Shown piece by piece: positions 19,974-32,289 of a DNA stretch of 64,000 bases. The DNA comes from Prasinococcaceae sp. CCMP 1430. Lineage: Eukaryota; Plantae; Prasinodermophyta. A program made the position numbers and the translations under genes. How positions within the stretch are numbered: the stretch's first letter is position 1; each line of letters starts with the position of its first letter. Below the pieces are notes generated by a model. It saw only the letters and a list, made by a program, of their open reading frames with translations. It searched no databases and was not told where the DNA came from. Where the stretch lies: the NCBI GenBank assembly GCA_013416795.1, contig RQSC01001312.1, positions 1 through 64,000 of the forward strand, in the 5' to 3' direction.

Positions 19974-21348
19974 ATGGCGGCGACCGCGCAGACCCTGGCG
20001 CTGTTCGGGAGGGCGCCGGCGTCCAAGGCGCCCAAGAGGGGCGCCGCGGGGAGGGCCAAGCCCACCAGGCGCGCGGCGCCCAAGCCGGCCAGGAGGGCGC
20101 AGCAGCCGCGCAGGGCGGCCAACAGCTGGAACGACCGCGGCGAAGGCAGTGGCGAGTTTCTTGCCACTGCCACGACTGACAAAGACGGCAACTACACCGC
20201 GGCGTTGGCGCTGGTGGCGGCGGCGCTGCTGGCGCAGGTGCGGCAGCCGCGCGCGCGGCGCACACTGGCAGGCGCATAGCCCCTCCAGAAAGACGCGCGC
20301 GCGAGTGCGTGCGCGCGCGCGAGCGCGCCGCTTCAGAGACCGCGCGCGCGGCGGGCACCACGCGTCCGCGTGGCATCTGACTGGGCGTCTTGCCCGCCAA
20401 CTCGCCGCCTTCTGACGCGTGCAGCAATCCCAACAACAACAGGAATCGCCGGCAGTGGCAGAGCCTCCGACTGTCCAGGAGGTGAGCGCCTCGACTGGTG
20501 ACGGCGCCGTCGAGGCTGTTGCGGCCGTGGCGGAGGCCGCGGAGGCGGAGGCGCCGCCCGTCGAGGTCGAGGAGGCGCAGGCGCCGGCCGTCGAGGTCGT
20601 TGTGCCGGCGGAGCAGACGAAGAAGACGGTCGAGAGCGCGCGCGAGCGCCAGGCGAGCCAGCGGGCCGACCGAGAGGCCAGGGCCGCCGCCATCGCCGAG
20701 GCAAAGGCTGCGAAGAAGGCCGAGCTCGCCGAGGCTAGGGCGGCCGACAAGGCGCGCAAGGCCGAGCGCATCGCTTCGTTCCGGGCGAAGGCGGCCGAGC
20801 GCGACACCGCGCGGGAGGACGCGACGCGTGTTGGCCTTGAGAATCGCCAGCAGGTCCTCCAGGAGGCGCGCGAGGCCCGCAAGGTCACCATTGCCCAGCG
20901 CGCCGCCGAGAAGAAGGCCGCGCAGGAGGAGCGGGAGGCGGCGGCCAACGCCGTCAGGGCCGAGCGCGAGGAGGCCGCCCGCGTCAAGCGCGAGGAGCAG
21001 GCCGCGCGCCAGCAGGCGGCCCGGGAGGCGGCCGCCGTCAAGGCCGCCAAGCGCGCCGAGGAGGCCGCAGCCAGGAAGGAGGCCGAGGCGGCGGCGAAGG
21101 CGGCGGCGAAGGCGGAGCGCGGCGAGACGGCCGCCAGCGGCGCCGAGGATGGCGACGGCAACGACCTGACCACCTTCGGCGCGGCGTTCGTGCTGGGCTT
21201 CGCGGCACCCGCCGCCGCCTTCTTCAAGATGCGCTCTGGCGGCGACGACTCGGACGGCAAGGACGGCGACGACAAGGCGAAGAAGGACGCCGCCAAGGCT
21301 GACGACAAGGAGCTCGTCAAGGCGTCCGCGGACAAGAAGGACTCGTGA
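19974..21348 (+). CDS. Putative plastid membrane protein: transit peptide, TM, long Ala/Glu/Lys/Arg coiled coil, TM
   Basis: Exons 19974-20237 and 20425-21348 (phase 0, CTGAC branch at 20412). Hydrophobic segments AALALVAAALLAQ and FGAAFVLGFAAPAAAFF. Confidence 0.65.
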
Positions 21349-21919
21349 GCGGCGCCAGCTGCTAGAGGCGGCAGGCCCTGATGCCCCAGGCCGCGAAGAG
21401 CGCCACCTCGCGCAAAGGCGGCGGCGGCGGCGGCGGCGCCAGCGCGTGCCTAGGATCTCACACACCACATGCCTACACCATACAACACGCACGTAGACAT
21501 TTTTTCTTCGTCCTCCCGCACCACGCACACCGCGTCGCAGGCGCGAGCCTCGAAGGGCGCCACCCCGCGCTGCCGCTGCTGCGGCGGCGGTGCAGTGGGG
21601 GGGATCTCGCACACACGCCTGCGCCACGCAACACGCGCGAGGACAATCATCCCTCCCCCTTCCCGTGCGCGCACGCACACACACGGGCACGAGCCTCGCG
21701 CGAGCGCGCAGGTGCAGCAGCCTCGCGCCGCGCCTGCTCGAGCTCTCCAACTCGCAGACGGACGGCGGCACGTTCACCCTCATTTCCGTTTGTGTAAATA
21801 AAGCAATTTGACGTCGAATATGCTCTCCCGTGGGTGAAAAGTTCAATGTTTGACGTGCGTTTCGGGTGCGGGTGGGGAGGTCTGGCTGCGCTCGCCACAG
21901 CGCGTGCGCTGAGCGCTGC

Positions 21920-22303
21920 ACGCGCACGCACACACACACACGCACACACACACACGCACACACACACAAACGCCTATACACGCACGCACACACACACACA
22001 TACACACACGCGTATACACGCGCACGCACGCCAGCGCGCGCTCACAGGTGGCCACGCTCGGCGCGCGCGCGCGCCCGCGCCCTGACGAGCATACACACAC
22101 ACAGGAGAGAGCACACACGCGCGCGCCCGCACGCACACACGCGAGCGCAGCGGATGGGCGCCTCGCGCGGCGTGGTGCCCGTTGACGTGGCGGTGCACTC
22201 GCGCGACGCCGGCGCTGCGCCGCGGCGCGAGCGCGTGTGGGTGGAGGTGCCCGCCGAGGCGGCGGCTGGTGCGTGCATGCGCGCGCGCACACACACACAG
22301 CAC

Positions 22304-22347
<44 letters not shown>

Positions 22348-22400
22348 CGCACACACACACACACACAACACGCCCACGCGCGCGCGCGCATGCACACACA
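21920..22400. repeat. (CA)n microsatellite tracts
   Basis: Tracts at ~21925-22025 and 22285-22400. Confidence 0.9.
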
Positions 22401-22657
22401 CTGACACATACACGCACACGCCTCTTCGCGCTTCGCAGGCGCCTCCGGCGCCGCGCCCTCCGCCCCCCCCTTCGGCCGCACGTCGAACGACCGAACCAAC
22501 TCACTTTTACTTTTAACTGCGCCGCCGCCTCTCCTTCCCTTTTGCCTGTGTTCCTTTTCCCTTTCTGCGTTGCCTTTGCAGTCGATGCTTCCGATGGCAT
22601 CTGCGAACTGATGGAAATCGTATCTGTGCAGCACCGAATAGCTTGAATGCATGGCAT

Positions 22658-22955
22658 GGACCCTTCAAAAAAGGTGTAACCTGAACTTGGATCATACCCC
22701 TAACCTCGCCGCCCTCCCGGCCTCCGCTGATCCCAGACCATTGGAACGATCGACATCGGCCGAATGAAGCGGACCCTTCTACGTGTGTGACCTTAAACCG
22801 CAAAAGAATCCTAACCTCAACGCCGGCCCCTCCCCCGATGATGGGATCGGGCGGATGGCGATCTCGGGTGCCATCGGATCGGAATGCAGGAACTGGACCC
22901 TTTCAAAGGCGTGACCTGAACTTGTGACGTACTGTAACCTCAACCCTCTCTCCTG
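22658..22955. repeat. Three degenerate 113-123-bp tandem units
   Basis: GGACCCTT starts at 22658, 22771, 22894, each followed by GTRACCT.AA and TAACCTC. Confidence 0.65.
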
Positions 22956-23339
22956 GTCTTTTTCCGTCAGAGGCCACGTGGGGAGGCCGATTTTTTCTCC
23001 CCTTTTTTTTTTTTTTTTGGAGGGGCGGTCCGCGATGGGCTGATGAGGGGGATGCTGCCTTTTTTTTTTGAAACGCGGGGCGATTTCTGCACGTTTCGCC
23101 GGCGCGTCCCGCCTTTTCCCGAGGGCGTTTTGATGGGCGGTGCGTGCGGGACGGCGAGGATTTCGCGGGGCGCGTTCCGCGTTTTGTGTTTTTGTTTTTT
23201 TTTGTTTTTTCCCCGGCGGTTCGAAAATTTCGCGGCCCGGTGCGCGCGAGAGAGAGGTCGCCGGCGTGCCACAGTGCGGGGCGGCGGCGGCGAGCGCACG
23301 GCACGCGCCCCTCCCTCCCCTCGCGCGCCCAGGGCCGGC

Positions 23340-23615
23340 GAGTCGCTCGCTCTCGCTCGCTCGCTCGCTCGCTCGCTCGCTCGGCCGATCGATCGACCGA
23401 TCGACCGATCGACCGGCCGATCGATCGCCCCGCGCGGCGCGAGCGCGGTCAATTTTTTTGTCACCCTCCGCCTTGGTATCAGGGAGCTGAGGCGCAGCAC
23501 GCCGGCGGCCCCTTGCAAACAAACAAACAAACAAACCATTTTTGGGTGGCGTATCGGATGCATGCATGCATGCATGCATGCAGCATGCAGCATGCATGCA
23601 TGCATGCATGCATGC
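23340..23615. repeat. Adjacent tetranucleotide repeats (TCGC)n, (CGAT)n, (AAAC)n, (GCAT)n
   Basis: Directly visible at ~23345-23385, 23387-23425, 23516-23535, 23558-23613. Confidence 0.9.
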
Positions 23616-25946
23616 TTTTTTCACGCGCTTCGGGAGCGGGGGGCGTGTCCTCTGACCTCGACTTTTTGTATGGCGCGTATCAATACGCATGCGCAATCGA
23701 CGACGGTGCGCAGGCGCAGTATCACACTGTACGTACTGTACCATCGTGATGGTAAGAAGCCTCTTAGACAAATTATTAGTACTAGAGTCCCGCTACGAAT
23801 TAGTCCACACAGCCCACTATTAGCTAGCAGCTGGAATGCGTGCTTTTTGCGATGCCCCGTTTTTGATGGCAATTCCAGGTTGTGTAGTCTATTGGGATTT
23901 CGGAGCGGCTGGAATTGATCGATGTGGGTTTTGTTTGTCGGATTGTTTGACCGGCGGAGAAATTCCCGGGCCGGGCGCCGCGCGCCCGAGGGCGCGCGCG
24001 CGCGGGCCACACGGCGTCTGTGTCGAGGCGCACGCCGCNNNNNNNNNNNNNNNNNNNNNNNNNNNNNNNNNNNNNNNNNNNNNNNNNNNNNNNNNNNNNN
24101 NNNNNNNNNNNNNNNNNNNNNNNNNNNNNNNNNNNNNNNNNNNNNNNNNNNNNNNNNNNNNNNNNNNNNNNNNNNNNNNNNNNNNNNNNNNNNNNNNNNN
24201 NNNNNNNNNNNNNNNNNNNNNNNNNNNNNNNNNNNNNNNNNNNNNNNNNNNNNNNNNNNNNNNNNNNNNNNNNNNNNNNNNNNNNNNNNNNNNNNNNNNN
24301 NNNNNNNNNNNNNNNNNNNNNNNNNNNNNNNNNNNNNNNNNNNNNNNNNNNNNNNNNNNNNNNNNNNNNNNNNNNNNNNNNNNNNNNNNNNNNNNNNNNN
24401 NNNNNNNNNNNNNNNNNNNNNNNNNNNNNNNNNNNNNNNNNNNNNNNNNNNNNNNNNNNNNNNNNNNNNNNNNNNNNNNNNNNNNNNNNNNNNNNNNNNN
24501 NNNNNNNNNNNNNNNNNNNNNNNNNNNNNNNNNNNNNNNNNNNNNNNNNNNNNNNNNNNNNNNNNNNNNNNNNNNNNNNNNNNNNNNNNNNNNNNNNNNN
24601 NNGGGGGGGCACCCCACGGCGGCGGCCGGCGGCGCCGCGCCGTGTGGCATCGGTGTCGCCACGCCCACGCAACCCGGCGGCTGCGCTAAATAAAATAAAC
24701 CCTAAAATAACCCTAAACAGGTCGTGGGTACGTGCGGAGACCCCCCCCGCTGTGTTTTGCACGCCGCGTGCGTCACCCTCACCCCAGGCCGCGCTGCGTA
24801 GTGCTGCGCCGCACCGCCCGAGCCGGAGGTGCAGGTAATTCTATTGTACATGGAGAGCACTCAGTCGCTCAGTCGACGAGCGCCCCGCCGCCGCGCAGGC
24901 CGGCGCCACTCGGGACGCCTGCTGCGGCTCCCTCGAGGCCGAGGCCTCCGGCGGCGTGCGTGCGTGCCACCAGCCAGCCGCTACCCCACCACGCGCAACT
25001 CGGGCGCGTCGACGGCGAAGGAGCCGGGCATTCTCGCTCGGACTCGGATGCCTCCGGGTCCCACGCCAGCAGCTTCAAGGCGCCACACCATCGCGCCGGC
25101 GGGCCCGGCGAGGCCGTCGCCCGCGCCCACGGCCATGCCCGCGCCGCGCGCGCCCGCGTCGTCCTCAGGCTGCCGCCGCTGCACCCCCTTGGCTGCTCGC
25201 GCGGGAGGGCGCCCGAACGCGCGGCGGGCCAGGCCGCGCTCGCGGATATTTCCCCCGTTCGAAACGCATTTCGCATCCCAATCCGCGTTTTACCCCCCGT
25301 CCATTTGATTCATTCAGACGCGTGAGTCATTCGGAAGGGAGGTTTTGGAACGGCGCGGGTTTGGCCTCGCGGTGGGGATTCGGCGCGGGGCGGCGTAGGG
25401 TTTTGGGAGCGGCGGCTGCGCCTGCCCTGTGCGCGCGCGCGCGCTGCGGCGGCGGCCCGCTGCGGCAGCTCAACACCCGCCGCTGCGATGCNNNNNNNNN
25501 NNNNNNNNNNNNNNNNNNNNNNNNNNNNNNNNNNNNNNNNNNNNNNNNNNNNNNNNNNNNNNNNNNNNNNNNNNNNNNNNNNNNNNNNNNNNNNNNNNNN
25601 NNNNNNNNNNNNNNNNNNNNNNNNNNNNNNNNNNNNNNNNNNNNNNNNNNNNNNNNNNNNNNNNNNNNNNNNNNNNNNNNNNNNNNNNNNNNNNNNNNNN
25701 NNNNNNNNNNNNNNNNNNNNNNNNNNNNNNNNNNNNNNNNNNNNNNNNNNNNNNNNNNNNNNNNNNNNNNNNNNNNNNNNNNNNNNNNNNNNNNNNNNNN
25801 NNNNNNNNNNNNCGCGCGCGCGCGCGCGCGCCCACCGCGTCCGCAGTCCTCCGGAATCGCAAGCTAGAGCGTTACACTGCTCCTCGTATTAGTAGTTGGC
25901 GCCGTGGCCACACGCGCGCACTTTCGGACTCTGGCGCGAGCGCCGC

Positions 25947-28226
25947 TCAATCGGCCTCGGCGCCCGCCAGCTTCTCCTTCTGCGCGGCCGCGCGCGCGGC
26001 GAGGGCGGCCTCCCTGCGCGCGCGCGCGCCGAGCGGCTTGCCGCCAGGGTGCGCGCCGCCGGCCGCGCGCCGCGCCTTCTCGAGGTGCAGCAGCAGAGCG
26101 TCGATGTCGGCGGGCGACACGCCGGCCACGCGCTGGGCGGCGGCGATGTCGCGCGGCCGCGCGGCAGACAGCTTCTCGCGCGCTTCGGCGCGCAGCGTCG
26201 CCACCTGCGCGTAGTCCAGCTCGGACGGCAGCGCCATCGCCGCGCGCCCCTCGACGCGCTGGCGCTGCTTCTCGGCGCGCTCGATGAAACCCGCGTACTT
26301 CACGTCAATTTCGACGCCCTCCCGCTCGGCGAAGCTCAGCGAGCGGGCGGGATGGTCCGCCGCGAGGCCCTGCGACGATGCGCGGGCGCGCGAGGCAGCG
26401 ACAAAGAGAGCGTCGGCGTCAGCACCCGCGCGCGAGAGCGCCTGCGAGCGCGCGAGCGCGCGCGGTCACGCCCGGGTCAAAGGAGTCGGGGGCTGTGCGC
26501 GCGTCGCGCTGATGAGCGACAGCGCTCGGCGGCCCAGGCGGAGCAGCAGCGCACGCACCTCGTAGAACTCCTCCCCGGCCTGCGCCAGCGTGTCGTACCC
26601 AACGTGGCCGCGCTGGAGCAGCTTGGCCAGCTTGACGGGCGCGTTGGGGTCGGCCATCGGCTGGCCACTGGCCGCCGCGGCGGCGTCGCCGACGGGCGAA
26701 CTTGAGCCCACGCTGGTCTGGTGCAGCCGCGCCTTCTCCGCGTCGATGGCGGCGACCTTCGACTCGAACGCCGCCCAGCGCTCGTCGCCCACCAGGCCCC
26801 ACTCTCGGCCGAGGGGCGTGAGGCGCCTGTCGGCGTTGTCGCCGCGCAGCAGCAGCCTGAACTCGGAGCGCGAGGTGAGCACGCGGTAGGGCTCGCGCAG
26901 GTCCTTGGTGACGAGGTCGTCCACCATGGTGCCGATGTACGAGCTGTGGCGCGGCAGCTCCACGAGGTCCTCGCCGCCCGCGTGGCGCGCGGCGTTCACG
27001 CCCGCCAGCAGGCCCTGCGCGGCGGCCTCCTCGTACCCCGTGGTGCCGTTGATCTGCCCCGACAGGAAGAGCCCGCTCACCCTGCGCGTCTGCAGCGTGT
27101 GGTGGCACTGGTTCGCGGGGAAGTAGTCGTACTCGACGGCGTACGCCGGCCGCAGCATGGACACGTTCTCGAGGCCCGGCAGCGAGCGCAGCATGGGCAG
27201 CTGCAGCCGCTCGGGCAGGCCCGTGGAGAAGCCCTGCACGTAGATCTCGGGCGTGTGTCGCCCCTCGGGCTCCAGGAAGATCTGGTGCGACTCCTTGTCG
27301 GCGAAGCGCACGATCTTGTCCTCGATGCTCGGGCAGTAGCGCGGCCCCTTGGCGTCGACCCAGCCGCCGTAGGTGGGCGTCTCGTCCAGGTTGTCGCGGA
27401 TGAGCTTGTGCGTGGCGGCGGTTGTCCGCGTGATGTAGCAGCTCATCTGCTCGCGCCGCACGTGCGCGGCGGGGTCGAAGCTGAAGAAGCGGTCGTGCGC
27501 CTCGCCCGGCTGCTCCTCCATCCCGGAGAAGTCGATGGTGCGCGCGTCCACGCGCGCCGGGGTGCCCGTCTTGAGGCGCCCCGTCTCAAAGCCGAGCTTC
27601 TCCAGCGCCTCGGTGAGGCCCTCGCTGGGCGCCTCGCCCGCGCGCCCCGCGGGCAGGCTCGTCCGCCCCACCCATATCCTGCCGTTGCCGAAGGTGCCCG
27701 TGGTGAGCACCACCGCGCGCGCGTGCAGCTCCATGCCGAAGAGCGTGCGCACGCCGCGCACGTCGTCGTTGGGGCCCAGCAGCACGTCGGTGGCCATGCC
27801 CTCGCGCAGCGACAGGTTGGGCGTCGACTCGAGCACCTTGCGCATCTCCTCCGCGTACTCCTTCTTGTCCGTCTGGCAGCGCAGCGCCCACACGGCGGGG
27901 CCCTTGGACATGTTCAGCACGCGCTTCTGGAGGTACGTGCGGTCGGCCAGCTTGCCGATCTCGCCGCCGAGCGCGTCCACCTCGTGCACGAGCGTCGACT
28001 TGGCCGGCCCGCCCACCGCGGGGTTGCACGGCTGCCAGGCGATGCGGTCGAGGCTCATGGTCAACAGGAGCGTGCTGCGTCCCATGCGCGCCGACGCCAG
28101 CGCGGCCTCGCACCCCGCGTGGCCGCCGCCCACGACGACCACGTCGTACGTCTCGCCGTCGTCCCCCGCGCGCGCCGCGGACGCGCACGTCCGCGCGGCG
28201 CGATCCTTTCCAGTAGGAGGCGAGTG
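25947..28226 (-). CDS. mnmG: tRNA uridine-34 modification enzyme MnmG/GidA, plastid (cyanobacterial type), 5'-partial
   Basis: [80 protein letters not shown]. Exons 26559-~28226 and 25947-26369. Start lost at the n at 28227. Confidence 0.96.
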
Positions 28227-28352
28227 NCCCCCCGCCCCCGCCCCCGGCGCGCGCGCGCGCGCGGGCCAGCCGCCTTTAACTCCGACGAGCGGGGTTTGGG
28301 GTCGGATCCTAATTTGGGTCAATATTTAAGGGTTTATAGTCACGGCTCGGTG

Positions 28353-28517
28353 GGGAAGGTGACACCGCCACCGACGAGGCGCTCGCCGTGCCCGCGGTGT
28401 CGCCCCCGTCCGTGCCATGGCACCGACGGGGCACAATGCCGTCGGCGACGCCGGCGCGCTCTTGTGCTGCAGCTGCGGCTTGATCGTTAGTTGGGAAGGT
28501 GACACCGCCACCGACGA
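28353..28517. repeat. 25-bp exact direct repeat 140 bp apart, enclosing a hairpin
   Basis: GGGAAGGTGACACCGCCACCGACGA at 28353-28377 and 28493-28517; CCGTC-C-GTGCCATGGCAC-C-GACGG at ~28406-28429. Confidence 0.85.
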
Positions 28518-29339
28518 TGCCCCTCCCACCCTGCAGACGGCGCGCCCGGCGACTCCGCCACGCGCGTGCCGCACGTCGTGTCCACTGCGAAGGCGCCGTA
28601 CACGCGGTGCACTTGGCACACGTTGGGATCGACGGTGACTCGGCCGGCGGTCCACGGCTGATCGTCGGTCGCGTCGAGCGCCGCGCACGTAGGCGCGGCG
28701 CGTCCGCGATGCGGACAAGCGCGCCCGCGATGTTGACAAGTGCGCCCGCGTGGCCAAGCGCGAGGAGACGGAGGCGCTGCATGCGGCAGAGGCGGCGACC
28801 TCGGGGGTGACCCACGCCGCCGAGTGCTCCGTCTTCGAGTATGAGCAGCCGGCGAAGCGCCCGCGTAGCGGAACCAAGGGGCATGGGTACAGGCGCTGCT
28901 CCCGTGCCCGCTACATGGCGAAGCTAGAGTTTTCCGCATCCTCGGCACTCAACCACGAGGAGCCTTCCGATCCGCTCCGCGCGCGCGCCGCCCACGTCCA
29001 CCCATTTCGATGGCGCCTCAGTACGACCACCTCCGAAATCCGAAAGTACCCCACAACTACCCACGGGAACGCGGGATTCTTTCGCACGCACACGTCAAAA
29101 TGAGAGGGACGCCGCGCGCGCCGCGGCGGCGGGTGCGAAGTGCGCGCGCGCGAGATTTTTTTTTTTAAACCCACACGCAGCCGCCGGGCGGAATGCATTG
29201 AGAGGAAGGCGTCTCTTTTTTGCCGTGGTGACTAAAAAGAAACAAACGCATGCATTTTGACCGGAGGTGCGAGCCAACGGGGGCCACAAAAAACTTTAGA
29301 TTCGTTTTGGGGAGGTTGGGCGAGGGGCTCCGTCGCATC

Positions 29340-29515
29340 CGAACCAGGTGTGCGCGCGTCGAACCCGGTACGTCCACTTTGACCCGGTCAGTCTGTTTGC
29401 TTTCGGGGGGATGTTGGCACGCCCGGTCAGGCCGGCCAGGTTCGGCGCGGGTCTCCGTCGCACTCGAACCAGGTATTAGCGCTTCAAACCCGGTACGTCG
29501 AGTTTGACCCGGTTT
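29340..29515. repeat. Two degenerate 125-bp tandem units
   Basis: CGAACCAGGT at 29340 and 29465; ACCCGGTACGTC and TTTGACCCGGT each occur twice. Confidence 0.75.
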
Positions 29516-29721
29516 GTCTGTTTTCTTTTTCAACCCGGCCGATCGCGAAAGTGCGAATTTCGAGCGCGCGGCGCCACACTGCGCGGGCGGTGCGCCCGCG
29601 GGGGAGGGGCAGGGAGAGGTGGGTGGGGCGTGAGGGAGGGTGGGTGTTGGGGGGGTGACGGCCCTCGGTTGTGTTGAAGAGGAGGGCGTGAGGGTGGGGG
29701 TGAGGGGAAGAGGTTGAGGCG

Positions 29722-31567
29722 ATGGCGGCGCTCGCGGCCGCGCGCGCGCGGCCGCGCGCGATCGAGGGCGCCAGGGCGCGGCGGGCGGCATGGAGGCGCT
29801 CGACGCGCTGGGCGCCGCGGACGCGGCGCTGGCCGCGCTGGGCGTGGACGGGGCGGGCCGCGGTCGGCGGCCGACCGGGGGCCTCAAGCCGACCGGGTCC
29901 ATTCGGCCGCCGCGGCCCTTGGACGACCTCATCCGCTACTCGGCCGCCGAAAAAATGAAGGCTCTGCCCTTCGACGACGGCACCGGCGATGACGAGATGC
30001 ACCCGCAGCTGAAGCGCCAGCCCCTGACGGCCGAGGGCGCGAAGTCGGCCTTCTGGGACTGGGCGCCCGCCGAGAGCGAGGCCGCGGAACCCGCGTTCCT
30101 CGACATCGCGTTCGAGTCGGCCGTGCTCGCGCCGAGCGCGACCTCGTCCACCGACGCGGGCCTGCCCGGCTGGGAGTCGGACCAACGCGACGCCACCCCG
30201 GACGCCGGCTGGGAGTCGTCGGACGAGGAGGACGCCGGCGCGGACACGAGCGACGTCCAGACCGTGGCGGGCGCGCCGTCGTACCTCGTCCTGAAGGCCA
30301 CCACGGCGAAAGTCGACGACTCGGCGAAGACCGATGCGCTCGACGCCGAGACGTTGGCGCACAAGAAGGAGTCGGAGGTCGCGCGCCTGGCGGAGAAGAA
30401 GGTGTCCGAGGTCGCGCGCGCGGTGGCGGAAGCGGCAATCGCTGCGGCGGTGCCAGACTCGGGCATCGAGGTGTGCGCCAAGACCGCCGACGGCACCACC
30501 ACGTGGACCAGCCGCGGCACTGAGGATGTGGGCGATGGCCGCCTGCGCCGTTGGACGCGCGTCCGAGGCGCTGCGGCGGACGGCTCCACCGAGTGGGAGG
30601 AGCGCTGGTGGGAGACGAGCGACCGCTTCGGCTACCGCGAGCTGGGTGCCGCCAAGGAGGGGCGCGACAGCAAGGGCACGGTCTGGGCAGAGTCCTGGAC
30701 CGAGGCCATCGACGAGGCCGCCGGCGGCCTCACGGCCGTGCAGCGCTCCGCCGACAAGCGCGGCGCCGACGCCGACGGCGCCGAGTGGCACGAGCGCTGG
30801 GGAGAGTACTACGAGGACGGTGGCGTCGCAGACAAGTGGGCCGACAAGTGGTCGAAGGTGGCGCCGGGCGCGTACGTGGCGCCGGGCCACGGCTCGTACT
30901 GGCACGAGCGATGGGGAGAGAGATACGAGGTACGCGTTGCGCGCGTGCGGGCTGCGTGACGCTCTGTGGATGTCCATGTGGGTGCCGTGCCAGCGCGCGC
31001 AGGTGTGCGTGCGCGAAAGTGCGCGCGCGCGTGTGTCTGTGTGCGCGCGCGCTGACGGCCCCGGCTCCGAACGCCCGCGCCCGCACTGCAGACTGGAGGG
31101 GAGATCCTCAAGTGGACTGATCGGTGGGCGGAGCGCCAGGCTGAGGGCTCCTCGTGGGGCGACAAGTGGGAGGAGAACCACGCCGCGGGCGGGGGAGGAT
31201 GGAAGCGGGGCGAGACGTGGAAGAAATGGGCCGACGGTGGGCAGTGGGTGCAGCAGTGGGCGGAGGAGTCGGCGTTTGGCGGCGTGCGCAAGTACGGCGG
31301 CAACAGCGACGGCCACAACTGGGACAGCTTCGAGGATGGCGCGCTCTGGGTGTCCGGGAATCACTTCAATTACGACATGGCACTCTCGCACTCGCCGTAC
31401 CTCCTCTCCGTGAAGCTGAGAGGCGAATACGAGCTGGAGCAGATGGCGGCGCCGACGCAGGCGGCGAAGGACGCGCCGACGTCGGGCGCGTTGGGCTCGG
31501 TGGCGATGTTTGGCGCCGCTGGACCCCCCGAGGGCGCCGACGGCTCCGCCGCCGCGCGCGCCGCTCG
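29722..31567 (+). CDS. LESV: LESV/ESV1-family Trp-rich starch-granule protein, 3' end in gap
   Basis: RWTRVRG..ADG..EWEERWWETSD.FGYRELG..K.GRD..G.VW.E.W, WHERWGE.Y, KWTDRWAER, WGDKWEE. Intron 30930-31091. Probable transit-peptide ATG at 29722 is out of frame with 29790 across a (CG)n tract. Confidence 0.92.
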
Positions 31568-32289
31568 NNNNNNNNNNNNNNNNNNNNNNNNNNNNNNNNN
31601 NNNNNNNNNNNNNNNNNNNNNNNNNNNNNNNNNNNNNNNNNNNNNNNNNNNNNNNNNNNNNNNNNNNNNNNNNNNNNNNNNNNNNNNNNNNNNNNNNNNN
31701 NNNNNNNNNNNNNNNNNNNNNNNNNNNNNNNNNNNNNNNNNNNNNNNNNNNNNNNNNNNNNNNNNNNNNNNNNNNNNNNNNNNNNNNNNNNNNNNNNNNN
31801 NNNNNNNNNNNNNNNNNNNNNNNNNNNNNNNNNNNNNNNNNNNNNNNNNNNNNNNNNNNNNNNNNNNNNNNNNNNNNNNNNNNNNNNNNNNNNNNNNNNN
31901 NNNNNNNNNNNNNNNNNNNNNNNNNNNNNNNNNNNNNNNNNNNNNNNNNNNNNNNNNNNNNNNNNNNNNNNNNNNNNNNNNNNNNNNNNNNNNNNNNNNN
32001 NNNNNNGGGCGCGTTGGTGGAGCGGCCTCCACGAGCTTGCGCGGCACCCGCGGCGCGCTGCGGGCGCGTACGAGGATGAAGTCGTGGGTTTTACACACGT
32101 CCTCCCGGAGTGACTGCGCGAGGGCCGCGTCGGCAGCCGCTGCGCGCGCGCGCGCGCGCGACGTGCCGCGCGGCGGCCGCGCACTCCGCGCGTGCGTATA
32201 GTGGGGTGGAGAGTAGAGTGCGTCCATACCGTCCCTTGGCATTGCATCTGGTACGATGCGCGCTAGCGAAGTGTCTCCATGGCGGGCTT

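Noticed and set aside
21700-22650. Possible multi-exon gene (MGASRGVVPVDV... and neighbouring AG/GT-bounded pieces)
   Set aside because: Splice-like signals exist, but I could not build a coherent in-frame model or recognise homology.
17283-22657. Long His-Thr and Cys-Val repeat ORFs
   Set aside because: They are translations of (CA)n/(GT)n microsatellites in introns and intergenic DNA.
24690-24720. Telomere or chromosome end
   Set aside because: Only two degenerate CCCTAAA units, not a tandem array.
28487-29103. ORFs 28487-28948 (-) and 28750-29103 (+)
   Set aside because: No recognisable motifs, mutually overlapping, and located in a repeat-containing intergenic region.
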